64,000 bases of DNA from positions 31,558,001 to 31,622,000 of the forward strand of contig OY740790.1 of assembly GCA_963514005.1 (NCBI GenBank). Reading direction: 5' to 3'. The notes beneath the pieces were generated by a model, which ran no database searches, had not been told where the DNA came from, and saw only the letters and a list, made by a program, of their open reading frames with translations. Shown one piece after another: positions 24,935 to 37,329 of this stretch; the first letter of the stretch is position 1, and every line of letters starts with the position of its first letter. The position numbers were made by a program, and so were the translations under genes. The DNA is from Raja brachyura (lineage: Eukaryota).

Positions 24935-26470
24935 GAGAATGAGGTGACCGTGGCTGACAACGGAAGTCAAAGACAGCATAAAACTAAAAGAGAAGGCATA
25001 ATATATACAAAGATTAGTAGAGCTAGAGGATTGGGGAAACGTTTAAAAACCAATAGAAGATAACTAAAAAGGCAATATGGGAAGAAAGGCTAGCCAATAA
25101 TATAAAAGCGGGTAGTAAATTCTTCAGATATATAATGCGTTAGAAAATCGCAAAAGTGGGCATTCAACCACTAGAAAATAATGCTGAAGTGATAATGGGA
25201 TTTTTTAAAATGGCAGATGAATTAATACTTTTTTTTGTGTTAGTCTTCACAGCGGAAGACACCAGCAACGTACCTGAAATACAAGATATTCGGGGCAGAA
25301 GTTAGTGGAGTTGCTAGTTCTAAGGAGAAGGTGCTTGGGAAACTGAAAGATCTGAGGGTGGATAGGTCACCTGAACCAGATGGACGACAGTGCACCCTTT
25401 GGGTTCTGAAACGGGTAGCTTTAGAGATTCCCAGAGGACTGGGAAATTACAAATGTCACCGCTGTTTAAGAGAGCAGAGCAAAAGCACACAGAGCAAAAA
25501 TTTCCGGTAACTGGTGGTCTGGCACCACCTTTAATCCGGATAAAATTACAAAAGTACACTTAAAATTTCCCTCGGAAGTCCACCAGAAAATGTGCCTTGC
25601 ATGAGGTGGCCGATCTTGACCTCCGGAGTTTCTCTGACGATCATTGGATTGAATTTCCCCTCTGCAACTGGGGCTCAAGAACTCTTTGCCCGGCTGGGGT
25701 CGTCGTATCCGATCCCATAGCTGACTTCTGAGGCAGACTTTGCGGGCCGGTATCTCGGCTCCTCGGAGGCCTTGCCCCCTGTTGTTCCAGCAAAATGAAT
25801 AATCCAGTAAGACTCTGGAACCGAGTATTCCAGAAAAACGGTGGTGTACCTGGACTTGGTAAAATAGACCAAAGTCAGGATGGTTATTGTTAAGGGGAGA
25901 TCTTGCCTGACAAATCTTTTGGAATTATTTGAGGAAATAAATAGTAAGATAGACAAAAGTGAGTTAGTGGATGTTGTTTACCTGGATTTTCAAAAGGTCA
26001 TTCATACGGTGCTGAGCATGAGGCTGCTACAGAAGATGAGAGTCCATTGTATTAGAGGGAAGATACTAGCATGGATATAAGTAGAAACAAAGAACCACAA
26101 ATGCTGGTTGATACCAAAGATAGAAACAAAGTGCTGAAGTAACTCAGGTGGGTCAGGCAGGATCTCTGGAGAAAAAGGATGGGTGACGTTTCATGTTGGG
26201 ACCCGAATTATCGTTGATCCTTTACTGCCGGAGGTGCTGCTTGACCCGCTGAATTACTCCAGCACTTAGTGTCTATCTTTAGCATGGATAGAAGTTTTGC
26301 TGAATGACAGAAGGCAACGGTCTGGTTGGCTGAAAGTGACTAGTGGTGTTAAGGGATCGTTGCTGGAACCGCTACTTTTCACGTCGTATATCAATGAATT
26401 GGATAAAGGAAGTGAAGGCTTTACGTTCAGGTTTGCGGATTATATGAAGAAGGGTGTAGGGGCAGATTGT
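24935..26470 (+). mobile_element. Fragmented CR1 LINE ORF2 with nested inserts
   Basis: PWLTTEVKDSIKLKEKA; KGRSCLTNLLELFEE...VDVVYLDFQK; FRFADY. Confidence 0.8.
26082..26279. mobile_element. Fold-back Penelope-terminus mini-element with 15-bp TSD
   Basis: Flanks tagcatggatataag (26067-26081) and tagcatggatagaag (26280-26294); inverted termini; sits inside CR1 RT. Confidence 0.7.
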
Positions 26471-26680
26471 ACAACGTTCTGCGGTTCCTTGAGGCAATTT
26501 TATTTGTATGCTGCGTAAGTAATCTTTCCCCATTTCTAACATTTGCATATAGTTATGCAGTCTAAGAGTAGCCTTCATATTTTGACTCAAAAAATCATAC
26601 TTTTGTTCTTGATCTTTTTCTACTAAATGTTGTTGAATTCATTGAGCTTTGTTTTACATATTTTTTAATGAATTTCATAG

Positions 26681-26929
<249 letters not shown>

Positions 26930-27299
26930 TGAGGAGCGTAAAGGTCTCAATGCAAATAATCAAGGATGCGATGCAAAGGCAGCTTCATGAAGTTAGGTTC
27001 TAAATCAGATGGACACAATGCTGGAGTAACTCAGTAGGACAGGAAGCATTTCTGGAGAGTAGGAATGGGCGGTGTTTTAGGTTGAGACCCTTCTTCAGAC
27101 TGAACCTACCATTACAAGGTGGTTTAAATTTAGAAAATGTGTATAAAATATAAGACCAAAATAAAACTAACTAATTTTCTCTTGCTCCATTAATTTTCAC
27201 AGTCTAACCTTATAAGCAGTAAAAATAAATTGAAATTCAGTTTCAACATTTTAGAATATTTTAAACCAGTTTAAATTAAAATGATGATTGTTACAAAGT

Positions 27300-28380
27300 T
27301 AGAGCTGTACTGCATGTACCAGGCCATTTGGCCATGTCAACCAAGTTGCCTGCAATTGCCCCATATCCCTCTAAGCCCTTTCTATATATTTTTTCAAAAT
27401 GTTTCTTGCAAGTCGTAAATTTATCCACCGCATTTTCTTCCTTTGGCATTTCATTCCCTCTGAGTGATAAAGTTGCCCCTGAAATCGCTTCCTTTTGGTG
27501 TCATCTGCAAACTTACTAACATTGTCATCCAAATCATTAATGTAGATAATAAACAACTTGTAGACCCAGCACCAACCCCTTAAGGCACACTGCTGGTCAT
27601 CGTCCTCCAATCAGAAAAACAGCCCTCCATAGCTACTCCTTACTGCAATACAATTTTGAATCCAATTAGTTTGTTCATCTGGGATTCCAGATTACCACGC
27701 TGTACCTTGTTAAATATTTTGCTAAAGTCTACATAAGATAAGGGCCATTCTTCTGATCTTCATGGTGACTTTTTCCAAAAAAAAAATCAGATTCATGAGA
27801 CACAATTTCCCACACACAAAGCCATGCTGACCATCCCTAATCATACATGCCATTCCATATGCTGTTACATCTTGTCCATCAGAAACCCCATCAGTAATTA
27901 CCTCCATTAATTTCAGACTCTAGGTCTGTAGTTCCCTGCGTTGTCGTTGCAGCTTTTTTAAAAATAAAGGTACAACAATAACCACCTTCGAGTCCTCAGG
28001 ACATCACCTGGGACTAATGATGCAAATTGCACAGCAGTAGAGTTGCTGCCTTACAGCACCAGGGACCCGGGTTCAATCCTGACTGAGGGTGCTTCCTATT
28101 ACCGTGTGGGTTTCCTCTGAGTGATCCAGTTTCCTCCCACATCCCAAAGACATGCACCTTTGTAGATTAATTGGCTTCTGTAAATTGTCCCTAGTATGTA
28201 GGATAGAACAAGTGCAGTGTGTACTCGGTGCACTGAAGAACCTTTTTTCATGCTGAATATCTAAAATCTAAATACCTCTGCAAGGGCCTCTGCAATTTAT
28301 TTTCTCTAGTTTCCCACAAGTTCCGATGGTCAGGTCCTGGGGATTTATCCACTTTAATGTACTCTAAAATTATCAATACC
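27300..28380 (-). mobile_element. Decayed CR1 LINE with nested V-SINE
   Basis: LFIIYINDLDDNVSKFADDTK; QHGFVCGKLCLMNL. Confidence 0.8.
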
Positions 28381-28390
28381 TCCTCTTTAG

Positions 28391-29175
28391 AGAAATGACA
28401 CAAAGTGCTGGAGTAACTCAGGCAGTATCTACTTCAAACCTGGATAGGTTGCGTTTCAGGTTGGAACCCTTTTCAGACTGGTTGTAGTTCACATCCCTTC
28501 CCAGCCAAACCATCCCCTCCCCAGGTACTTTGTCCTGCAACCATAGGGGGTGTAACACCTTTCCTCATATCTCATCTCGCACATCCATCCAGGGACCCCA
28601 GCAGTTTTCCAGGTGAGACAGTGCACCTCTTCTAACTTCATCTATTCCATTTGCTGTTCCCTATATGCCCTCCTTTACATTGGCGAGAACAAGCATAAAC
28701 TAGCTGATTATTTGATCAAACACTTGCGCTCTCGGTCCACCAAAGCCAGGCTGATTTCCTGTTTAATAACCATTTTAAATCTTCCCATTACCATACTGAC
28801 TTTCCTGTCCTGATATGAACAGTGAATTCTACAGTTTTAGATAACTAACCACAAACACCCTCCTCCACATCTTCCCCTCGCTCTTCCCTGTACCCCACAT
28901 GGATTCTATTTCTCCCCTTCCCCCTGGATTCCTTCCTCTGGCTGCACTATTCACAACTCTTCTATCCTTGTATCCTGGTCTCGCACCTTTTGTCTTTTCA
29001 TCTCCGGCCTTTGTCTTGGCTTTGTCCTGCTCCCTACTGTTTCCAGATCTCTCCTCCGCCCCACAATCAGTGTGAAGAAGGGTCCTGACCCAAAGCATTC
29101 TCCAGCGAAGTTGCTGACTTGTTATTCCAGCATTTTGTGTCCTTTTTTGTAAATTAGTATCTGCAGTTCCTTGTG
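28391..29175 (+). mobile_element. Penelope-like element with GIY-YIG remnant and inverted 5' terminal repeat
   Basis: ORF 28613: CTSSNFIYSICCSLYALLYIGENKHKLADYLIKHLRS; reversed terminus at ~28391-28480, forward terminus ~29068-29175. Confidence 0.8.
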
Positions 29176-29712
29176 CCTTGTCTTTGGAGGTTTGATGAAC
29201 TAATTGGAAGTGTTATAATATGTATGGAACGGGGTGCATCAATGATGAAAGGGGAAAGATTACAAACCTGGGGGGGGGGGAGGGGGAACGACTGTTATGG
29301 GTATATGGAATGAGCTGCCAGAGGAGATAGTTGAGGCAGGTACTATAACAACATTTAAAAGCTATTTGGATAGGTACATGGATATGGGCCAAATGTGAAC
29401 TAGTGGAACTAGCATGGGTGGGGCATCTTGGTTGGTATGGGCAAGTTCGGCAGCAAGGCCTGTTTCTATACTCTGTGCATTCCTGATCTACAAGAATTCA
29501 AAATTGCAAAATCATGAATGTATATTTTCAGATTTTATGACCAAGAGACCTACAAAAGAGCAAAAGGGTAATTTTTATTTATAATAACATTAATATTTTG
29601 AAAAAACCTTATGTACAAATTGTTTGAATTAATTTCAAAGTTCTTATTTTAAACAAGCAAAGCTCTTTCCATAATATTATGAAGAATAATGCTGGCATGT
29701 CAATATCCTTAG

Positions 29713-29774
29713 GCAATGAAGAAGAGGAATCTGAAGAAGATGAAGACTATGTGCCCTCAGAAGATTGGAAAAAG
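29713..29774 (+). CDS. MIER1: MIER1 coding exon 6
   Basis: NEEEESEEDEDYVPSEDWKK; ccttag| and AAG|gtaata. Confidence 0.94.
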
Positions 29775-32700
29775 GTAATATTATCCATAATAACAATGAT
29801 TTACAAATGCTGTTAACTGAAGCCTCATTTCACAAGTCATCTTTTTATTTCCCCCCTAAAAATTTATTTTCTGACTTTGTGCATGTATGGCTGATTTCCA
29901 TTTTAGCCTCCACTAAAGCTGTTCTGAACTGGCTGGCTAATAATTTAAAAAGATGAGTCAGCAATAGGTAGAATAGTAGCATCTTCACCTCATCTCTTGA
30001 GTCCAAAATGCTGAAATGCAGGATACCTTTTGGGGTGCAGATGGTGGAATTGCTTCATCAGCGAGAGAAACCTGTGTTTGATCCTGGCCTCGTGCTGTCT
30101 CTGTGCATGTTCTTGCATGACCCATGAGTTTCCTCCAGACCCTCTAGTTTCATTTGGATGGAATGAACGGTCAGTGTTTCGGGCTTCTTCAGACAGACAA
30201 AAGTGGGGGGAGGAGCCGGAAATGAGAGGTGGAGGTGGGATAAAGCCTGGCAAGAAATATGTGCTTAGTTTAGAGATACAGCATAGAAACAGGCTCTTCT
30301 GCCCACCTGATCTGTGCTGACGATTCATACTACCATTGCAACCTCATCCACACCAGGGGCTATTTATAGGCCAATCAAACCTACAACCCCACATGTTTTT
30401 GGCATGTGGGAAACCAGAGCACCCAGAGGAAACCCATGTGGTCATGGGGAAAATGTATAAACCACACGAATATCTCCCAAGGTCAGGATCAAACCAGAGT
30501 CTCTGGTGCTATGGGACGACATCTCTACTAGCTGCACCATAATGCCACCATACAAATGACGGAAGTGGTTTTGATTAGCAGATGGGTAGGGTAAGTGACA
30601 AAGGGTAAAGGTGGAAAGGAAACAAAAGTAACTTCAAACTTTTGTCTCTTACTCCACCTATCTGCTAATTACCTCCCCTCCCCCTCACCTGTATCCTATC
30701 ACTTGCCTGCCTTTCTCTGCCCCAGCCTTTTTTTTCATCATTCACCCGCCCCACTCCGATCACTCTGAAAAAGGGTCTCTGACCCGAAACGGCATCTGTT
30801 CATTCCCTCCACAGATGCTGCCTGACCCACTGAACTTCTCCATTCCAAATGAACAGTTTGGTTTTGGAGATGGAAAGCGGTGCTCTCACTGACAGTTTAT
30901 GCTTATTACGAAGTTGAGGCGGGGCTTCAGAAGCAGATTAAAAACTGGAGCTACCACCATGAATTTATCACCAGTATTTGATGCTATCTGGCATGAAAGC
31001 CATCCACCGAATGCTTTGGTATGCCAAGACTTGGGGCATTCAGCACCAAATAGATTTAACTTGAGATCATCTACTCAACAACTATCTGTCATGTGAGCAA
31101 GTGTATGCATCCGGCCTTTTCAGCCTCCCACTGATTCCCAGAAGTCTTATTTATGTTGCCATTGCTAGAGGAAGCAAGTTAGAAAATATTTGAGCAACCG
31201 GCACCCATAACTGTCCTGCAGTCAAAAGGAACCGTGGATTTAATCAACATCCAACTTAGCAAAGCCCTCTCAGAAAACATGCTCTTATCTACAATTTTAC
31301 AGAAAATGACATACAGTGCTGGAATAACTCAGTGGGTCAAGCAGCATGCCTGAGCTGCTGAGTAACTCCAGCAGTTTGTCTTTGTTCCCCATCGGTACAC
31401 TGTTCTGGACGTGACATCCCATCTGTAGAAAATTATGCTGGGGAAGAAAATGAAGTTTTCCAAAAACATTTTGCCTATGAGCATCATCCTGGTATCTCAC
31501 GGTATGCCTCATCTAATTAAAACACTCAAAACTGGGAACCTTCAAGACCTCTCAAACTGTGTGACTATTATAGCTGGGCTGCATCACCCTGCCTGCTATT
31601 CACTGTAACTCTGATGACCTCGCAGTTAAAATATGTGTCATGGATTTAATCACCATCCAATTCACTATAACGTAGCAAAGCCACCTCACAAATAAAGCCC
31701 TCTTAGGAAACATGCTCTTATCTGCTAAACAGCAGTCAGTATCGTGCAGGTGGCGCCCCCTATCTAGATGAAAGAAAAAGCAGCATGCATCCAGTGCAGG
31801 AAACGGATACTTCATCACCGAACTTACAGATACATTTAGCTTTGACTTAATTCACGGACAAAGTTCAAACAGAACAGAATCTGTACTGGCCAGGGATAAT
31901 GAGACCACTTGGTTTACAAATGGAAGTGTTAGATAACCTGAAGTGAGATAGAATATGTCCAAAATATGGAACACGTCACCTCAGTCTGACTTAGAATTCT
32001 GTTGCTGCCTGGCACCTCATTTCTCTACCTGGCTGTTGCTTGCATTGATGTACTAGACATTCAACTGTCAGACATTTCAGATCATTTGAAAGAAGTAAAA
32101 TACCTTAAAGCATTGTTTTGGTTACCTTGATAATGTGTCCAACTGGGAGCTGGAAAACTAACTACTGTTCATTTTTACCTTAGTCAGGAATTTTTATTGG
32201 TTGGAATGATATTCTCCCTCTTCCCAAATATATATTGGGCTAGGTTATGTTCATTACAACTACTGGCTACATCCTTTTTGTCCAGCTCATTTACTACTTA
32301 AATACCTGAGCATTGCAGTGCAGAAGTCGGAAATAAACTGGAGGTCATTTGCTAGGCCGTATGATCTCCTACACCATTTCGGGTCCCTCAACTTTACACA
32401 AGGAATGTCTAGTTTCAGTAGCAAGCCCATATTAATTTGAAGGTGCTTGTAATTTTGCTTTAATAAGGTGATAAGTTTATTTTTTTGTATTCTATGTTTT
32501 AATTTTTTAGAATTATTATTTTTCGCAATTTCAATCAGATCTGTGTTTAAATGTTTTTCGACCTTTCAAGACAATTAAAAATAGTCCTGACGTTTTTGGG
32601 AACAGTGACTAGTCGAGAGGCAATCAGTGTGCTTTGAGTGCAAGGCCTCGGGATCCATTGCCTGAAGTCACCACTCAAAGCCCACTCTGCTTTCTGGGAT

Positions 32701-33155
32701 GCCTGCTGCATCAAAACATGAATGCTGTTTGCCACAAGGTAAGTGACGCTGCAGAAATAGCATAGGAGTTGGGGAGGTAAGCCTGGGTTGTGAAGTGGTT
32801 CAAGCATTACCTGGCTCAATATTTTCAGTAGTGGGAAAACAAAATTGTGTGTTATCACTCTCTTTAAATAATATATAAAACCCATAATGCTTTTTATAAG
32901 TTTCTATAAACTTTCTATGAAAAAACAATTCATAGCAGGTGCTTTTATATTCTGGTGTAGTGCTTGTGCCACTAGTTTCTGATACATGTGTCTTCGGCAA
33001 TAAAATCAAAGTAAAGTTGCCAGATTTCCCCAGCAGCAAAAAAATGTTTTTCCAATTACCAGCTGTATGAGGAACGTATAAAATTAACAGGCTATTGAGT
33101 GTAACCCCAAAGTCATCAAATATGGATAATAAATATGATATATGTTTCTTTATAG

Positions 33156-33228
33156 GAAATTATGGTGGGCTCCCAATATCAGGCTGAAGTTCCTATTGGC
33201 TTTTACAAGTATAAAGAGAATGAAAAGG
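33156..33228 (+). CDS. MIER1: MIER1 coding exon 7 (start of ELM2 domain)
   Basis: EIMVGSQYQAEVPIGFYKYKENEK; ttatag| and G|gtaagc. Confidence 0.95.
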
Positions 33229-33744
33229 GTAAGCTTTTCTTTGGAATGTGCTTCTTGAAATATGCCATATTTGTGTGAGAAACAGCGAGTATTGTGAACC
33301 GTGTAATACTGTGAAGTTTTATGTTGCACGTTTCCAACTTTAGATTCGTTATTTTGTATCTGCAACATTCTTGTTTGAAGCACTCTGTCATTTGAATTTT
33401 CAACTGATGTACAGATCTATAATCTATGCAGCCAGCTTTTAAATTTACCAATTACATTGAGGAGTCATGTGCTTCCTCAAACCTGCTCCAGTTGTCAATA
33501 AGATTCTCTCTACATGCAAAGTCAACTTTTCTATCAGATTTCCTTTCTCGCTTGATCCACTTCTTATTTTTCTTATTTCTTAATGGTCAGCTTTAATGTG
33601 GAAGTTATGCCTGCCTCCCTCTTGACACTCCCCTTAGAGGAAGCAGTCTCTCTGTATCTACCCAAACAAGCACTTTCAGAATCTTGTATTTAAATGAGAT
33701 CATCTCTCAATTTTCCAAACTACCATAGATTTCAAGTCTAACAA

Positions 33745-34475
33745 GGACAGGACATACACAGTGAATGGTAGGACTCTGGGAGTGTTGTAGAGCAGAGAGC
33801 TATAAGAGTGCAGGTACATAGTTCCTTGGAAGTGTCATCACATGTAAGAAGGGTGGTCAAGGCTTTCGTTGGACTTCATCAGTATTGGGTATAGAAATTG
33901 GGAGGTTGTATTACAGTTGCATAAGGCATTGGTAAGGCCGCATTTACAGTATTGTGTTCAGTTCTTGGCACCATGTTATAGAGAAGATGTTGTCAAGCTG
34001 GAATGGGTGCAGAGAAGATTTACAAGGATGTTGCCAGGACTCGAGGGCCTGGCTTATAGGGAGTGGTTGAGCAGACTGGGACTTTATTTCTTGGAGCACA
34101 GGAGGATGAGGCGTGATTTTATAGAGGTGTACGAAGTAATAAAAGGAATAGATTGGGTAAATGCCCACTTTTGCCCACAGTAGGGGAATCGAGAAACGGA
34201 GGACATAGGTTTAAGGTAAGGTAAGGGGGGGGGGGGGGGGTTATATAAACATGAGCGGTGACATTTTTACAAAAAGGTTGGTGGGTATGTGGAGGTAGTT
34301 GAGGCAGGTACTATCACAACGTTTAAGAACTATCGTAACATTCAAGAGACATATGGACAGGTAAATAGATAGGATCTGTGTGAAAGGTTATGGGCCAATT
34401 GTGGGCAGGTGGGACTAGTGCAGATGGAGCATGTTGGTTGGCATGGAAGTTGGGTCAAAGGACCTATTTCCACTA
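33745..34475 (+). mobile_element. CR1 LINE 3' fragment
   Basis: ORF 33869-34183: LHKALVRPHLQYCVQFLAPCYREDVVKLEWVQRRFTRMLPGL. Confidence 0.85.
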
Positions 34476-36448
34476 TGACGATAATTTATGCCAGTGTTGC
34501 GCAATCACTCTGGTGGAAATCCCTCATCTCACAAATCTTAACTGGTGAATCTGAATCCTACCTCCAAGGCAAATGTAGCTTTTCTTGGATTATGGAAATA
34601 TAAACTAGTGTGGTCTCACCAAAGCCCTGTTTTCTTGCACACCATCTCTTAATGCATGCAGGCCTTACCGTTTACTTTTTAGTTGCTGTACATCTGTGTA
34701 GACTGTCTGCATTTCATGAATCAACAAGCTAAGTTAATTACACTATCTTACTTGTTGTTTACCATTTAAAAAAATACACTTTTCTGTTTGTCCCAATTAA
34801 GTGAATAGTACCTCACTTTCACATATCATTACTCATCTTCCTGTTCATATGCACTTGATATATCCTTGCTGACACCATGTGACATTCTCACAGCTCACTT
34901 TCCCACCAGTAAAGTTTCCTTTTTTCTCTTCTGTCCTCAATACAGATTTTAAATGGCCAAAGGTATCTGAGCACATTGTGACTCCAAGACTAAATTCTCC
35001 CAACAGAGGAAATGTCTCCTTCATATCTACTCTGTTAAGACTCTTCAGAATTGTAGTTTCTGCGTCCATCTTTGTGCTTTAAAATTCCAGCTAATATAAG
35101 CCTAGCCTGTCCAGTCTTCCCTCATAAGACTAATTTTCCATTCCAGTTATTCTAATAAACCTTCTCTAAACTGTTTCTGACACATTAACATTCTTTTTTT
35201 AAATAAGCAGGTGTGTTAACATGCTCTTCTTGGCACATGACTTCTTTACTTTAGAATTTGGTTCCCCTCACAAACGACTGTTTTACTTATTTACGACAAT
35301 AACTCTGCTGGTACGATAGTCATTTGCAAATCATACACTACGATGCTCACGTCATTTGCTGCTCTTTCATCACTTTGGTAATAGGTTTTTCTTTTCCTTT
35401 TCCTGCCTCTTGATCTCTACCGACCCTATATCAGCAGCAGTGTGACACATTTTAATGTTTAATTTCTAATACTTTGAGCACGGATTCAAAAAGATAGCAT
35501 GCACTGTATGTGTTGTGATGTGTATACGTATGTGTTGTGCTTTATGTTTTATAACCAATATTAAACCATCTGAAATTTAGTACTACTGTAGGTTTAATTT
35601 TATCAAACAAAGTTCAAGAATTGGGGGCAACATTTTTGTTATCCTAATCAGATTAAGTAACGGAAACATGCTGTTTTACATTAGTTATTTAGCACTCCCT
35701 CCAACTTTATTAAGTTAATTCCAACCTGTCAGAAAAATTAGCTTTCTCCACAACACGCAAATTGTTCAGAGAATTGGTCTGAATTGTTTTGGAGAAAAGA
35801 CCTATCTTTTGCCAGAAATATCCTGCTTTTGCCAAGATGTATGCAGGGAAACATGTAAAAGACACAACAGCATCATTTAGAATGGATAATGGGTTCTAGG
35901 TGCTATGGAATATTTTGCATGCTTTTTTTTATCATTGACTGCTGAGAGGATGGGACTCCTTAGCTGTAACCCTCCTTCTAGAGAGAAAACAAATGTGTTC
36001 AGCCATCTTCACAACTGTCTTCATAGAAATATCCAATGCCTAGCTGTCTATCTTTGAAAATGTGGTATAACAGTATGAACAAATGTTTACTTTCTCTGAG
36101 TGGTGATCCATTGCCATTACTGAAGAATACTGCTATTCCGTTTAGATCACCCCCCCCCCCCCCCCCCCCCCCCCCACAATAGGCCAAGGTAATTAGTAGT
36201 TGGAGCTAAGTTTATGATGCATGTTTAAAAGCAAAGTGTCCATGGTTTGAATATTCCACCAATAGTGGGATTGGGTAATCCACTGACATAACTATGAAAG
36301 AGCCTGACATCCTTTGTTAATTAGATTAGTTAAAGTTCTTATATCGCCTGAATATTTCTATGCCAGCAAAAGATGTCACTGAGGAAAATTTATTTGTTAT
36401 TTTCTTTTTAATTTGTTAATGGTTTCTTTGGATAATCTTAAAGATTGA

Positions 36449-36736
<288 letters not shown>

Positions 36737-36939
36737 TGAATTTTACATATCAAACAAGCCCTTGGATACAATCATTATCTCAAATTAGTATCAGTTTAAC
36801 CATTACACATTTTGACTAATTATTGTCATTTGAATTCTTAATTGCAGGCAACGTTTTTGTTTTGTCCTCTCTGTTAAACATACATTCTGTAATATTATAA
36901 GATAAGAAAATTCAGTTAACCAAAGATTGAAGCTGTGAT

Positions 36940-37240
36940 CTAAGGGGTCACAGTCTAAGGATAAGGGGGAATTCCTTTAGGACCGAGATGAGGAAAACAT
37001 TCTTTACACAGAGAGTGGTGAGTCTGGAATTCTCTGCCACAGAAGGTAGTTGAGGCCAGTTCATTGGCTATATTTAAGAGGGCGTTAGATGTGGCACTTG
37101 TGGCTAAAGGGATCAGGGGGTATGGAGAGAAGGCAGGTACGGGATACTGAGTTGGATGATCAGCCATGATCACATTGAATGGCGGTGCAGGCTCGAAGGG
37201 CCGAATGGCCTACTCCTGCACCTATTTTTCTATGTTTCTA
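36940..37240 (+). mobile_element. CR1 LINE 3' tail
   Basis: FRTEMRKTFFTQRVV motif and ggccgaatggcctactcctgcacctat...tatgtttctatg tail. Confidence 0.85.
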
Positions 37241-37329
37241 TGAAGCAGCCCATTCAGATTAGCCATTTCATTTACAACTTAAATCTCTGGATGAGTGACA
37301 GCATTCCATTTCAACATGCTTTGCAAACT

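Noticed and set aside
25490-25855. ~360-bp insert in CR1, possibly a pogo/Tigger-type MITE
   Set aside because: Could not identify convincing TIRs or a TSD by eye
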